A stretch of 64,000 nucleotides of DNA from Natronohydrobacter sp. (GCA_007125005.1 SLDY01000004.1:13368-77367); one strand, 5' to 3'; counted from the first letter of the stretch, positions 9,869 through 20,629 are shown. Notes: generated by a model from the sequence alone, not told the origin. Made by a program: numbers and translations.

Positions 9869-10978
9869 TCATGGCAACCCCGAACCGCTCTGCATCGCAT
9901 GGCTTTGCAGTTCTGCCTCACTGCTTTCGTTCGGAAAATCGGCCTTTTCTACCAGCTGACCATGTGCCTTGGTGGGATTAAAGACCGGCTTCTCAGGCCT
10001 GAGCGGCAATACATTCGCAGGTAGAAGGGTTCTGGTAGTCGATGACACCGCAGTTGCAATATCTGTTGTCAAACGGACAGCACGTTGGCCGCGCGCCTGC
10101 CCCAAACGGCCTTCAGAAACTGTTGCCTGATCCAGAGTTTCCAGAGTCAGGCTTTCGAGCGCAGAGTCCGGAACGCGCAAAACATCGCCCACTCGGAGGC
10201 GCAGCACATCCGTGAGCGAGATCTGCAGCCGGCAAAGAACCGCGTCCAGAGTTACCGGACTGGAGTTAATGGCAAACTCCAGTCGTGCTTTCCAATCATC
10301 ATCCTGTTCGCTTGCAGGTTCATCAGGCGCCAACTGATCGAGTTCCGCGCCACCTTGCGGTATGATCAAAAACCAATTCCCCGCTTTGGCCCCAAAACCC
10401 AAGGCAACGCTCAGTTTTACGATCGTGTAGGTTCCGTCTTCCAGCATAAGGCCAAGCGGGCGAGGGTCATTCTGAAACGAGCCATAAACAAAGCCCGTCA
10501 CCTGCCTTTCACATGGCAAACCCGCACAGCATTGCGCAACTTGCTGCAAAAACGCCTCTATCATGGGGGCAAGAAGCGCTGCATCGGTTCGTGTGGGTTT
10601 GCGTGGGGAAACCGGGCTTGCTATGACCAGTCCCGTTGTCTGAGCTTCGATAATACCGGCAAGCACCGCAGCATCGACCATTATAAGGCCCATACGTTCC
10701 TTTGGCCCCTCCAGAAGGGCATAGAGCATACCGGATTCAGCTAGGTCCAAGACTTCTGCAAGCGCGCCCTCGGATAGCGTGACGCCTTGCACGACCGCAT
10801 CAAGACCCGCGCAATCCGCGCCCATGCGCCCAAATGCAAGGCGCAACGCAGCAAGCATCGTAGCCTGCGCCTTCTCCGCTTCCGCGCGGCGCCTGCCCGC
10901 CATGCGTTGAAGGGCACCAGCACCCGTCACGCCGTTGGGAAAATCATTCCTGTCTTGTTCAGTCATTGCATCGGCCAC
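9869..10978 (-). CDS. FliM/FliN C-terminal (SpoA) domain protein, orphan
   Basis: C-terminal VTLDAVLCRLQISLTDVLRLRVGDVL...GRLGQARGQRAVRL resembles the SpoA domain; central PTRTDAAL segment resembles the FliM middle domain. Confidence 0.72.
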   Translation of the reverse strand: MADAMTEQDRNDFPNGVTGAGALQRMAGRRRAEAEKAQATMLAALRLAFGRMGADCAGLDAVVQGVTLSEGALAEVLDLAESGMLYALLEGPKERMGLIMVDAAVLAGIIEAQTTGLVIASPVSPRKPTRTDAALLAPMIEAFLQQVAQCCAGLPCERQVTGFVYGSFQNDPRPLGLMLEDGTYTIVKLSVALGFGAKAGNWFLIIPQGGAELDQLAPDEPASEQDDDWKARLEFAINSSPVTLDAVLCRLQISLTDVLRLRVGDVLRVPDSALESLTLETLDQATVSEGRLGQARGQRAVRLTTDIATAVSSTTRTLLPANVLPLRPEKPVFNPTKAHGQLVEKADFPNESSEAELQSHAMQSGSGLP

Positions 10979-11040
10979 CCTCTTGCACTTGAAACTAGCG
11001 CAAAAGGGTTAGCAAATGCTGAATACAACACCGATACGGC

Positions 11041-11658
11041 TCAAAGCTGGCAAACTGGCAAAGCGCGGGTGAATTCGGCTATATCGGCACGCTTGCGCGC
11101 GTTGCGCAAAGGTGGCCAATCCTTTGCTACACCGCCCCAGTTGCCCGGAGACCCTACAACAACCCGATCACGCTCTACAGCTTGGGCAGCAATTCGTGCG
11201 GCACAGCGCAGATTTGTCGGTCCATCATAAAGACCTTTGGGGTGCGAGAGGTCACAACCGTAAAAACGCGCCGAGGTTGGCCAGATTTGCAGCAACCCAC
11301 GATAGCGCCCGCCTGCGCCGGCTGCTTCCGGACGCCATGTGCTTTCATATCCCGCAAGCCCTGAGAACAGCGCTGTCCAAAACGCCTTACGCCCCTCTGG
11401 ATCTGCACTTTCATAGCCCGGACAAAAGGTAACAATGTCTTGCGGAACTGTTTCCAGCAATGCACGTCCGTCTGTCTCAAGGGCTACGAATTTAGCATCC
11501 GTCCAACGTTGCGCTTCAGGGCGATGGTCCCATCGCGTGATAACCTCAGCGGCCCTCGTGACCTCGACAGCGGTCTTTGGGGTAGAGAGCGTGCAGCCTG
11601 CGGTGATCGACAGCGTGGCGACGAACGCGAGCGCAGTAAGCGACAGAGAACGGGTCAT
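11041..11658 (-). CDS. SLT-domain lytic transglycosylase-like lipoprotein
   Basis: Lipobox ITAGC, catalytic YES-W, GLLQI, LYDGPTNLRCA. Confidence 0.82.
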   Translation of the reverse strand: MTRSLSLTALAFVATLSITAGCTLSTPKTAVEVTRAAEVITRWDHRPEAQRWTDAKFVALETDGRALLETVPQDIVTFCPGYESADPEGRKAFWTALFSGLAGYESTWRPEAAGAGGRYRGLLQIWPTSARFYGCDLSHPKGLYDGPTNLRCAARIAAQAVERDRVVVGSPGNWGGVAKDWPPLRNARKRADIAEFTRALPVCQL

Positions 11659-11851
11659 GAGTTTTCCAGATGTGGCACAGCGCCTATAATCACGCTGCGC
11701 CGCAGCACATGCTCCAAGCCGCGCGGCTTCGCAAATCGCGGATGCGCGAGCGCCACGTTTTCGGCGGGGTTTCGCCGACACGCCCTCTTGCTGCCCTGTT
11801 CCCGCAAGGCTAGAAGGCAAGTGTTCCATCCACAAGGAGGCGCGGCAAAAC

Positions 11852-13366
11852 ATGCTGGATCTGAGCTTCGAAGCCCCGAAACCCAAAGTGATCTCCGGTG
11901 CAACCGGTGATTGGGAACTTGTTATCGGGATGGAAATCCACGCTCAGGTTTCGAGCGCCGCGAAATTGTTTTCCGGTGCCTCGACCCGGTTTGGCGCAGA
12001 GCCCAATTCCAATGTTGCTTTCGTAGATGCCGCGATGCCGGGAATGCTGCCTGTTGTCAACGAATACTGCATCGAGCAGGCCGTGCGGACAGGGTTGGGG
12101 CTGAAGGCGCAGATCAATCTCGTCTCGGCCTTTGACCGAAAAAATTACTTTTATCCAGATTTGCCTCAAGGCTATCAGATTTCCCAGCTTTATCAACCAC
12201 TTGTCGGCGAAGGCGAGGTTCTTGTCGAATTAGAGGCGGGGGTCGCGCGGCGCGTGCGGATCGAACGGATCCATGTCGAGCAGGATGCCGGAAAATCGAT
12301 CCATGACATGGATCCGAACATGAGCTTCGTTGATCTCAATCGCACAGGCGTTGCGCTGATGGAGATCGTTTCGCGCCCCGATATTCGCGGTCCCGAAGAA
12401 GCCGCGGCCTATGTCACGAAACTGCGTCAGATCCTGCGCTATCTGGGCACCTGCGATGGCAATATGCAAAACGGCAATCTGCGCGCGGATGTGAATGTGT
12501 CGGTCTGTCGTCCAGGCCAATACGAGAAATATCAAGAGACGCAGGATTTCAGCCATCTGGGCACGCGCTGCGAAATCAAGAACATGAACTCCATGCGGTT
12601 TATCCAGGCCGCGATCGAATATGAGGCCCGCCGCCAGATCGCTCTTTTGGAGGATGGTGGCAACGTCGTGCAGGAAACACGGCTCTTTGACCCAGACAAG
12701 GGAGAGACGCGCTCCATGCGCTCAAAGGAAGAGGCGCATGATTACCGCTATTTCCCCTGCCCTGACCTGCTCCCTCTCGAGATTGAGCAGGCATGGGTCG
12801 ATGATATCGCGGCCTCGCTGCCAGAGTTGCCTGATGCGAAGAAGGCGCGCTTCATGTCAGAATTCGGCCTCACCGATTATGACGCCTCCGTGCTGACGGC
12901 GGATGTGGTTAATGCTGGGTATTTCGAGGAAGTGGCCGCTCTTGCAGGCGACGGAAAACTCGCTGCCAATTGGGTCATAAATGAATTGTTCGGCAGGCTC
13001 AAAAAGGAAGGCCACGACATTTCGGAGAGCCCGGTTTCAAACGCGCAGCTTGCCGGAATTATCAAGCTGATCAAGGCGGGTGACATTTCAGGTAAGATCG
13101 CCAAGGATCTGTTTGAGATCGTCTATAGCGAAGGTGGCGACCCGGCCGAAATCGTCGACGCACGCGGCATGAAGCAGGTCACGGATACCGGCGCCATCGA
13201 GACAGCCGTGGACGAGATCATCGCGGCCAATCCGACGCAGGTGGAAAAGGCCAAAGCGAATCCCAAACTCTCGGGTTGGTTCGTGGGGCAAGTAATGAAA
13301 GCGACTGGCGGCAAGGCCAACCCCAAGGCGGTCAATGAGATCGTTAGCGCGAAACTGGGGCTGTAG
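11852..13366 (+). CDS. gatB: Asp/Glu-tRNA amidotransferase subunit B
   Basis: [51 protein letters not shown]. Confidence 0.98.
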   Translation: MLDLSFEAPKPKVISGATGDWELVIGMEIHAQVSSAAKLFSGASTRFGAEPNSNVAFVDAAMPGMLPVVNEYCIEQAVRTGLGLKAQINLVSAFDRKNYFYPDLPQGYQISQLYQPLVGEGEVLVELEAGVARRVRIERIHVEQDAGKSIHDMDPNMSFVDLNRTGVALMEIVSRPDIRGPEEAAAYVTKLRQILRYLGTCDGNMQNGNLRADVNVSVCRPGQYEKYQETQDFSHLGTRCEIKNMNSMRFIQAAIEYEARRQIALLEDGGNVVQETRLFDPDKGETRSMRSKEEAHDYRYFPCPDLLPLEIEQAWVDDIAASLPELPDAKKARFMSEFGLTDYDASVLTADVVNAGYFEEVAALAGDGKLAANWVINELFGRLKKEGHDISESPVSNAQLAGIIKLIKAGDISGKIAKDLFEIVYSEGGDPAEIVDARGMKQVTDTGAIETAVDEIIAANPTQVEKAKANPKLSGWFVGQVMKATGGKANPKAVNEIVSAKLGL

Positions 13367-13464
13367 GCGCATCTGATTGAGCGGATTGCTTCGCAGCGGT
13401 CCGCTCGATTGAGTATTTTTGGCAAGATGAAATCATAACGGGAAAAGTACTCTCGGCACATAAG

Positions 13465-13493
13465 AAAAGGCCGCGTCCATTATGGGTGCGGCT
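13465..13493 (-). terminator. Terminator downstream of rpmG
   Basis: Minus strand GCCGCACCCA-taa-TGGACGCGGC followed by CTTTTCTT. Confidence 0.6.
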
Positions 13494-13519
13494 CTTCAGT
13501 GCGCTGAGATGGGGCAAGA

Positions 13520-13687
13520 TTACTTGATCTTGCCTTCCTTGTATTCGACATGTTTGCGCACGACCGGATCGTATTTCCGGATCGACATTTTTTCAGTCAT
13601 TGTGCGCGCATTTTTCTTGGTAACATAGAAATGCCCCGTGCCTGCGGTCGAGTTGAGGCGGATCTTGATTGTGGTTGGCTTTGCCAT
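13520..13687 (-). CDS. rpmG: 50S ribosomal protein L33 (55 aa, not in ORF track)
   Basis: Manual translation: [55 protein letters not shown]; Cys-free (Zn-independent) type. Confidence 0.97.
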   Translation of the reverse strand: MAKPTTIKIRLNSTAGTGHFYVTKKNARTMTEKMSIRKYDPVVRKHVEYKEGKIK

Positions 13688-13838
13688 GGTCTGTCTCCTG
13701 CGCCGGGCCAGGCTGCAAGATTATGCACATGACCCGAGAAATCTGAACCCGCCTTCTACCTGCACGCTGCGCCATGTCAACTGGGATAAGGTGTTTTTTG
13801 GCGCTCAGACGCGGATTCCCCTCATAGCGGGAGAAAAT

Positions 13839-14227
13839 GCGGATGGTCTGTAAGCCGGGTTCTGTTCCGGAGTAGCCCCCGGTGATGACCATTCATCTGG
13901 CCCTGCGCTCGCGCACAAGGCTCAAGCTGCCAACCCGGACTTCGGGCTGAGGCGGCCCTGCGGGGATATCCGGGAGACCCGGATCACACCCGCGTGAAGT
14001 CCCTATTCGGCATTGCTCCGGGTGGGGCTTGCCGTGCCGGTCCGGTTGCCCGTCCCGCGGTGGGCTCTTACTCCACCGTTTCACCCTTACCCAGCCACGC
14101 TGGGCGGTTTGTTTTCTGTGGCGCTTTCCCTTGGGTTGCCCCAGCCGGGCGTTACCCGGCACCCTTGCCTCATGGAGCCCGGACTTTCCTCGACACCCCA
14201 AGGCACCGCGGTCATCCGACCATCCGC
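13839..14227 (-). ncRNA. rnpB: RNase P RNA (type A)
   Basis: Minus strand contains GAGGAAAGTCCGGGCTCC, GGAAAGCGCCACAGAAA, GGGTGAAACGG and the 3' ACAGAACCCGGCTTAC; ends pair (CGGATGGTC/GACCATCCG). Confidence 0.98.
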
Positions 14228-14332
14228 TTGTTTGAGCTATGTGATGGATTGCTGCAGGTCAATGCCGTGACACCTGAAAGCATGGCAGAATTGCTCCCAG
14301 GGTGAGGTGAATTCAATCAAGAAAGGTATGTC

Positions 14333-15598
14333 ATGACAAAATCCATAGTGCTCCTGTTTGATGGAACAGCAAATACGATTCGCGAGAAACGTACAAATGT
14401 CCTGCGGCTGCACGGGTGCCTGACCAAGGATTCGCAGCAATTGGTGTGGTACAGTCCCGGCGTCGGGACATTCGCAGGCGATCGGTCGTTCTTCAGCTTC
14501 ACTATCACACCAAAGGAAGTTTTCGGCATGCTCTCCGGACTGGGCGTGGATTATTATGCCAAACAAGCGTATCGGTTCCTGTGCGAAAGCTACGATGATG
14601 GCCGCCGCAGCGACGGGCCCGATGTCCCACCTGACAAAGTCTTTCTGTTCGGTTTCAGTCGCGGGGCGTATATCGCACGTGTGCTTGCTGGCTTCCTGAA
14701 TGCTTTCGGCATGATCCCGAAGCGCAATCTCAATCTGCTGGATCAGGCGTTTGTTACCTACAAGGGCCTTGCCGAGCGGCCACCCTTCCATCCCGACGAG
14801 GCGTGGGAGCAAATGGAACTCTGGCATCGCGCGCTGTCACCTCGTCCAGTGCCGATCGAGTGCCTGGGATTATTCGATACAGTGAGTTCCGTGTTTGAAA
14901 TCGGGCGCGACTTTCTGCGTTTCAGAACGAACGCGTTCACCAGCGAGAACCCTTCAGTCAAGGCGGTCCGGCATGCAATCGCGCTTGATGACCGACGCGG
15001 CCCATATCATCCCGTACGTTGGCGCGAAAGCTGCAAGGGCACTGAAGAGGCCGAGCGCACAGCCTATTATGGCCAGCGCTTCGCACCTTACGATCATGAC
15101 GGCGCGCAGCAGGATATTCGCGAAATGTGGTTCGCAGGTGTTCATTCAGCGGTTGGCGGGGGGATATCGGAACAACACTCACAGCTTGCCAAGATTGCGC
15201 TTGACTGGATGATCCAAGAAACTTCTGCGATGGGAGTGCGCTACGATCAGAAAACCGTCGATTGCATCGTGCACGGCATAGGCGAACCTGCCTGCGAACG
15301 CTATGTTGCGCCATCTGCGCTTGGGCCCACCAAACCACCCTCTCATTGGCTTGCCGAACCGCTGATGCGTCTGGGCTGGGGTCTAACAAATCTCATGTGG
15401 CGCCGAATCGAGCCTTGCGACGCACCGTTTCAGCGCGTTCATATCACTTGGCGTGGCAGAGAATATTATTTTCCGATCTTCAGCAATCGCCGCCTCGTGC
15501 GCCCACACGATCTCATCCATAGCTCGGTCCGCGAACGACAGGAACAGCGAGAGCTTGCCTCGCCAAACTTGCCCGCTGAACCAAACTACTCGGACTGA
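14333..15598 (+). CDS. DUF2235 / Tle1-like alpha-beta hydrolase (phospholipase-like)
   Basis: [59 protein letters not shown]. Confidence 0.88.
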   Translation: MTKSIVLLFDGTANTIREKRTNVLRLHGCLTKDSQQLVWYSPGVGTFAGDRSFFSFTITPKEVFGMLSGLGVDYYAKQAYRFLCESYDDGRRSDGPDVPPDKVFLFGFSRGAYIARVLAGFLNAFGMIPKRNLNLLDQAFVTYKGLAERPPFHPDEAWEQMELWHRALSPRPVPIECLGLFDTVSSVFEIGRDFLRFRTNAFTSENPSVKAVRHAIALDDRRGPYHPVRWRESCKGTEEAERTAYYGQRFAPYDHDGAQQDIREMWFAGVHSAVGGGISEQHSQLAKIALDWMIQETSAMGVRYDQKTVDCIVHGIGEPACERYVAPSALGPTKPPSHWLAEPLMRLGWGLTNLMWRRIEPCDAPFQRVHITWRGREYYFPIFSNRRLVRPHDLIHSSVRERQEQRELASPNLPAEPNYSD

Positions 15599-15657
15599 GC
15601 TACTTGCCCCCTTTGGGTGGCTGCACTAAGCATTGCGTGGGTCTAAAAGGGGGCGTT

Positions 15658-16443
15658 ATGCGTATTTTGGTAACCAATGACGACGGAATCAACGCACCGG
15701 GGCTCGCGGTTCTCGAAGAAATAGCGCAGGCAGTCGCTGGACCGAAAGGCGAGGTCTGGGTCGTGGCGCCAGCTTTCGAGCAGTCCGGCGTCGGTCATTG
15801 CATCAGCTATACGCATCCCACGATGATTGCAAAACTGGGCCCTCGGCGCTACGCGGCGGAAGGCTCTCCGGCTGATTGTGTGCTGGCGGGGCTCTATGAT
15901 GTCTTGCAGGGCGCTCGCCCTGATCTGGTGCTTTCTGGCGTTAACCGGGGCAATAACTCGGCCGAGAATGTCATGTATTCTGGCACAGTTGGCGGCGCGA
16001 TGGAAGCAGCGCTTCAGGGCCTGCCCGCGATTGCGCTGTCACAATATATGGGTCCGCGAAGCGAGGATTTGCCCTCGCTTTTCGATGCAGCTATCGGGCA
16101 TGGGCAAGCAGCGATTGAACGCCTTCTGAAACATGCAATCTGGGATCAAGGCGATTATCGGTTGTTCTACAACCTGAATTTCCCACCGGTAGGACGTGAC
16201 GATGTAAAAGGTCTGAAGGTAGCACCGCAAGGCTACCGGAAAGACACATTTTTCGGGGTCAAACCGCATATTTCACCTTCGGGACGCAAGTTCCTCTGGA
16301 TCACGGGCGGGCCACAGCATTTGCCCACAGCGCCCGGCACTGATGCAGCGGTCAATCTGGAAGGCTATATTTCGGTAACACCCATGCGTGCAGATCTCAC
16401 AGCGCATGACGCGCTGGAGGATGTGCGAAAGGCGCTTGAATGA
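15658..16443 (+). CDS. surE: 5'/3'-nucleotidase SurE
   Basis: [38 protein letters not shown]. Confidence 0.97.
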   Translation: MRILVTNDDGINAPGLAVLEEIAQAVAGPKGEVWVVAPAFEQSGVGHCISYTHPTMIAKLGPRRYAAEGSPADCVLAGLYDVLQGARPDLVLSGVNRGNNSAENVMYSGTVGGAMEAALQGLPAIALSQYMGPRSEDLPSLFDAAIGHGQAAIERLLKHAIWDQGDYRLFYNLNFPPVGRDDVKGLKVAPQGYRKDTFFGVKPHISPSGRKFLWITGGPQHLPTAPGTDAAVNLEGYISVTPMRADLTAHDALEDVRKALE

Positions 16444-17087
16444 ACAGCATCGAGGATCAGTCCGAGGCGCGCATGCGCTTCATATACACGATCCGCTCGC
16501 GCGGCGTGACTGATGCGCGTGTTCTTTCCGCAATGGAGAGGATCGACCGCAAAGCGTTTGTCACTGGCATATTCGCCGACCGCGCCTATGAAGATATGCC
16601 TTTGCCAATCGCGTGCGGGCAAACAATCAGCCAACCCTCGGTCGTTGCGTTAATGACGGAAGCACTGAAAGTTGGCCCGCGCGACAAGGTGTTGGAAATC
16701 GGCACAGGCTCTGGATATCAAGCGGCGATCCTCAGCCAACTCGCCCGGCGCGTCTATACAGTAGAGCGCCACAGAACGCTCGCCCGAGAGGCACAAAGGG
16801 TGTTCAATGACTTGGGCCTCACAAATATTACTGCGATGGTCACGGATGGCAGTTTCGGATTGCCTGATATTGCACCCTTTGATCGCATCATCGTGACCGC
16901 TGCCGCCGAAGACCCGCCTGGCCCGCTCTTGGCGCAGTTGCGCATGGGGGGTATTATGGTGGTTCCTGTTGGGCAGTCTGATACTGTTCAGCAACTGATC
17001 CGCGTCACACGCCATGAAGACGGGTACGAGTATGAAGAGTTGCGCGCTGTGCGCTTTGTCCCGCTGGTCGAAGGGCTCGGCCAGTGA
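16440..17087 (+). CDS. pcm: Protein-L-isoaspartate O-methyltransferase
   Basis: [43 protein letters not shown]. Confidence 0.96.
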   Translation: MNSIEDQSEARMRFIYTIRSRGVTDARVLSAMERIDRKAFVTGIFADRAYEDMPLPIACGQTISQPSVVALMTEALKVGPRDKVLEIGTGSGYQAAILSQLARRVYTVERHRTLAREAQRVFNDLGLTNITAMVTDGSFGLPDIAPFDRIIVTAAAEDPPGPLLAQLRMGGIMVVPVGQSDTVQQLIRVTRHEDGYEYEELRAVRFVPLVEGLGQ

Positions 17088-17148
17088 GCATGCGGACCAT
17101 AACAAAGCAAGTGAATGGGCGGCACAGCGCCATCAGAGGGCAGTAGAA

Positions 17149-18339
17149 ATGTTTAGATTTGCGCGAACAATCCTGCTTTGCAGCACTGCTGCACTTGCAT
17201 TAACGGCCTGCGGTGACTTCGACCTCGACATGCGTCGCACAGATGGCGGGTTCTCGACATCTGAGGCCGCGCGACAAGCCACAGCAGCACGCCCCCGCGC
17301 AGATGCACGGGGTATCATTTCTTATCCCGACTATCAGGTCGTCGTTGCGCGCGCGGGTGACACTGTCGCTACCGTGGCCCAGCGAATTGGCATGAGCGAG
17401 GGCGAGCTTGCCCGATTCAATGCGCTGACGCCCGAAACCAGCTTGCGTTCAGGCGAGGTGCTCGCGTTGCCACGAAAACTGAACGGTGCGCAAACCCGCG
17501 ATACATCCGCGATCGAGATTTCAACACTTGCCGATTCGGCAATCTCCCGCGCCGAGGGCACACCGCCCCCCGCCCCACAACCCCTGCGCACCGCCACCCA
17601 GCCCGCTGAGCAGCAGCCGCTCCAGCATCGGGTGGAGCGCGGCGAAACCGCATTTCAGATCGCCAGACTCTACAATGTGGCACCACGAGCATTGGCAGAC
17701 TGGAATGGGCTTGACCCCGAAATGCGGGTTCGCGAAGGTCAGATGCTGATGATCCCGGTGGCCAGCCAACCTGCGCCGGAACGCGCAACGCCACAACCCA
17801 CTCCGACGCCAGAGCGCTCGAGCGAGCGCGATGTCGCGCCTCCCGGTGCTGGTAGCGCAACTCCGACGCCCCCCAGTGCTACAACCCCGCTACCACCGGC
17901 CGAACCGCCAGCCGCAGAAGCAGCCGCCGCGGCTCAGGAGGCAAGACCGCCCTCTCCCGCCTTGGCCGAGGATCGAAGCGAAAGCATACGTCCGCGTTTT
18001 GTGATGCCTGTCGATGGCAGGATCATCCGCGCTTATCAGCCAGGGCGCAACGAAGGGATCGGCATTGCCGCAAGTCCCGGAACCGCTGTCAGAGCAACGG
18101 CAGCAGGCCGAGTCGCAGCCATCACCGAGGATACCAACAAGGTGCCGGTGGTTGTTATCCAGCATGATAACGGCTTGCTCTCAGTCTATGCACAGCTGGA
18201 AAGCCTGACCATATCGCGTGGAGATACTGTGAGCCAAGGCCAGACCATCGGTCGCGTGCGCGCGGGCGACCCGAGTTTCCTGCATTTTGAAATCCGCGAC
18301 GGAATGAATAGCGTGGATCCAATGCGCCACCTGCAATAG
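17149..18339 (+). CDS. NlpD-like lipoprotein with two LysM domains and a degenerate M23 domain
   Basis: Lipobox LTAC, two LysM repeats, Pro/Ala linker, C-terminal M23 fold ending LHFEIR; follows surE-pcm. Confidence 0.88.
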   Translation: MFRFARTILLCSTAALALTACGDFDLDMRRTDGGFSTSEAARQATAARPRADARGIISYPDYQVVVARAGDTVATVAQRIGMSEGELARFNALTPETSLRSGEVLALPRKLNGAQTRDTSAIEISTLADSAISRAEGTPPPAPQPLRTATQPAEQQPLQHRVERGETAFQIARLYNVAPRALADWNGLDPEMRVREGQMLMIPVASQPAPERATPQPTPTPERSSERDVAPPGAGSATPTPPSATTPLPPAEPPAAEAAAAAQEARPPSPALAEDRSESIRPRFVMPVDGRIIRAYQPGRNEGIGIAASPGTAVRATAAGRVAAITEDTNKVPVVVIQHDNGLLSVYAQLESLTISRGDTVSQGQTIGRVRAGDPSFLHFEIRDGMNSVDPMRHLQ

Positions 18340-18388
18340 CCGCATCAGCGGCTATCTTGTCGGGGCACAGAAACCTGCTACTATTGCC

Positions 18389-18400
18389 GTTAGCGCTAAC
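18389..18400. promoter_or_regulatory. LacI-family-like operator upstream of eda
   Basis: Perfect palindrome GTTAGCGCTAAC ending 18 bp before the eda start. Confidence 0.7.
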
Positions 18401-18418
18401 TATTTCCGGAGCCAGATC

Positions 18419-19060
18419 ATGACCCCTGACGAGCAGAGTAAGCACGCCCTTAGTCTTTGTAAATTGGCCCCAGTTATCCCGGTACTTGTGATCGAAGATA
18501 TCGACACGGCAGTGCCATTGGCGCAGGCTTTGGTCGCAGGCGGCCTGCCGGTGCTCGAAATCACGCTGCGCACCGAATGCGCGCTTCATGCCATAGAGGC
18601 GATGAGCAAAGTCGAAGGGGCAATTGTTGGCGCGGGCACGGTACTCAATGCCAGTCAGATGGAGGCTGCGCGCGGCGCTGGTGCGCGCTTTGCTGTCTCT
18701 CCTGGGGCGACACCGACGATTATCGATGCTGCGCGGCTAAACGATATGCCACTTTTGCCCGGTGCGCAGACCTGTTCGGAAATCATGGCGCTACTTGAAC
18801 AAGGCTACAGCGTGCAAAAGTTCTTTCCTGCTGAAGCCATCGGTGGAGCGGCGGCACTGAAATCCATCGCCGGGCCGCTGCCGCAGGTAACTTTCTGCCC
18901 TACTGGAGGGATAAAGCCTGAACGAGCACCAGATTATCTAGAATTGCCCAATGTTGTCTGCGTGGGCGGGAGCTGGATCGCACCTCAGGCTGCGCTCGCG
19001 GCGGGCGACTGGCAAGCCATCACTGAACTTGCGCGCTCGGCATCAGGCCTGCCACGTTAG
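18419..19060 (+). CDS. eda: KDPG/KHG aldolase
   Basis: PVIPVL, LEITLRT, GAGTVL, FAVSPG, KFFPAEAIGG, FCPTGGI. Confidence 0.96.
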   Translation: MTPDEQSKHALSLCKLAPVIPVLVIEDIDTAVPLAQALVAGGLPVLEITLRTECALHAIEAMSKVEGAIVGAGTVLNASQMEAARGAGARFAVSPGATPTIIDAARLNDMPLLPGAQTCSEIMALLEQGYSVQKFFPAEAIGGAAALKSIAGPLPQVTFCPTGGIKPERAPDYLELPNVVCVGGSWIAPQAALAAGDWQAITELARSASGLPR

Positions 19061-19201
19061 ATAGAGCGGTGGCGCATTGGCAACAGCCCGTACAAACACA
19101 TCTTTTCCAGAGATTTAGGGCTTTGCGCAACGCTGTCTGCGCGCGTAAGTTTGTAATGTGAGGCAAAAAAAATACAGGCAACCACAACAGGTTGCATCAA
19201 G

Positions 19202-19924
19202 ATGTCATTATCTCGCCGGGGTTTTTTATCCGCCACAGGTGCCGCAAGTCTTCTGGCCCTGACAGGTTGTGAAGGCACGCAAACAGGCGCAGGTTCTGCA
19301 ACCTCCGAACCAAGGTTCACTGAAGATGGTCGCCCTATAGCGACCATCCGTGCAGAGCCCCTATCGCCGCTAGCCGAACTCTATGGAATAGAGCCAATCT
19401 CCTATGCAGAACGTATGGACGGGGCGCGGGTGTTGCCCCCGACCGGCATGAGCATCATCCCAGCGGAATTTCATCGTCAGGTCGTCGAATACTCTAGCCC
19501 GCATCGTCCCGGAACAATCGTCATCGATAATCGCACCCGCCATCTCTACCTGATATTGTCAGACACTGTAGCGCTGCGCTATGGAATTGCAGTTGGCCGC
19601 GAGGGGCGGACATGGCGCGGGCGTGGCGTGATCTATCGACGCGCGCATTGGCCAACATGGACACCAACGGCGCGCATGATACGCGAAGACCCCAGCCTTG
19701 CACGGTTCGCAGGCGGAATGCCGGGCGGTGGGCGCAACCCACTCGGCGCGCGCGCGCTGTACCTTCAATCAGGCGGTGTGGATCGCGGCTATCGCATTCA
19801 CGGAACCTATGAATGGTGGCTGCTCGGGCAATATGTATCTTCCGGCTGCATCAGAATGGTCAATCAGGATGTGATAGACCTCTATGAACGGGTCCCCAAC
19901 GGTACGAGGGTGATCTCGATCTGA
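19202..19924 (+). CDS. L,D-transpeptidase (YkuD family), Tat lipoprotein
   Basis: SRRGFL twin-arginine motif, LTGC lipobox, YRIHGT...SSGCIRM. Confidence 0.92.
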   Translation: MSLSRRGFLSATGAASLLALTGCEGTQTGAGSATSEPRFTEDGRPIATIRAEPLSPLAELYGIEPISYAERMDGARVLPPTGMSIIPAEFHRQVVEYSSPHRPGTIVIDNRTRHLYLILSDTVALRYGIAVGREGRTWRGRGVIYRRAHWPTWTPTARMIREDPSLARFAGGMPGGGRNPLGARALYLQSGGVDRGYRIHGTYEWWLLGQYVSSGCIRMVNQDVIDLYERVPNGTRVISI

Positions 19925-19993
19925 AGCCCGTAGCAACAGGCTCTCAGGGAATGTTTTTTCGTTATGCAGGATGAAACAGCATTGGATTACATC

Positions 19994-20629
19994 ATGCGCT
20001 CATTGACCCGACGCCAGCTTCTCGCCTTTTCCGGTTTTTCCTTGGCACTGTCGGCATGCGTTCCAGCAATGACACCCGCACCGCCACCGGAGTTTGAACC
20101 TATCGATTACACCGCGCGGCGCGATGGACCTCATCGCCTGAATGCGATCGATCTGGAACAGATCCCCGAATTCCTCCATAGACAAGTGGTGCGCTACGAC
20201 TCTGAAGAAGCGCCCGGAACAATAGTAATCGAGAACCAGATCAGGCTCCTCTATCTTATCCTCGAAAACGGATATGCCCTTCGCTACGGGCTCTCGGTTG
20301 GGCGTGAAGGATTTGACTGGACGGGTGAAGCGGTAGTCTACCGCAAGGCGCAATGGCCAACATGGACACCCCCGCCCGAGATGATCGCGCGCGAACCCCA
20401 TCTTGAACGCTGGAAAGACGGCCAGCCAGGAGGGCCAACCAACCCGCTGGGCGCCCGAGCGCTTTACCTCATGACAAATGGTGTCGATGAGGGTTACCGC
20501 ATCCACGGCACACCAGAGTGGCGCTCTATCGGCCGATTTGCGTCATCGGGCTGCTTTCGTATGCTGCAGCAGGATGTTATCGACCTCTATCAGCGCGTAC
20601 CTGTCGGCACACGTGTGGTTGTAATCTGA
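19994..20629 (+). CDS. L,D-transpeptidase (YkuD family), Tat lipoprotein; alternative start 19964
   Basis: TRRQLL motif, LSAC lipobox, YRIHGT...SSGCFRM. Confidence 0.92.
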   Translation: MRSLTRRQLLAFSGFSLALSACVPAMTPAPPPEFEPIDYTARRDGPHRLNAIDLEQIPEFLHRQVVRYDSEEAPGTIVIENQIRLLYLILENGYALRYGLSVGREGFDWTGEAVVYRKAQWPTWTPPPEMIAREPHLERWKDGQPGGPTNPLGARALYLMTNGVDEGYRIHGTPEWRSIGRFASSGCFRMLQQDVIDLYQRVPVGTRVVVI

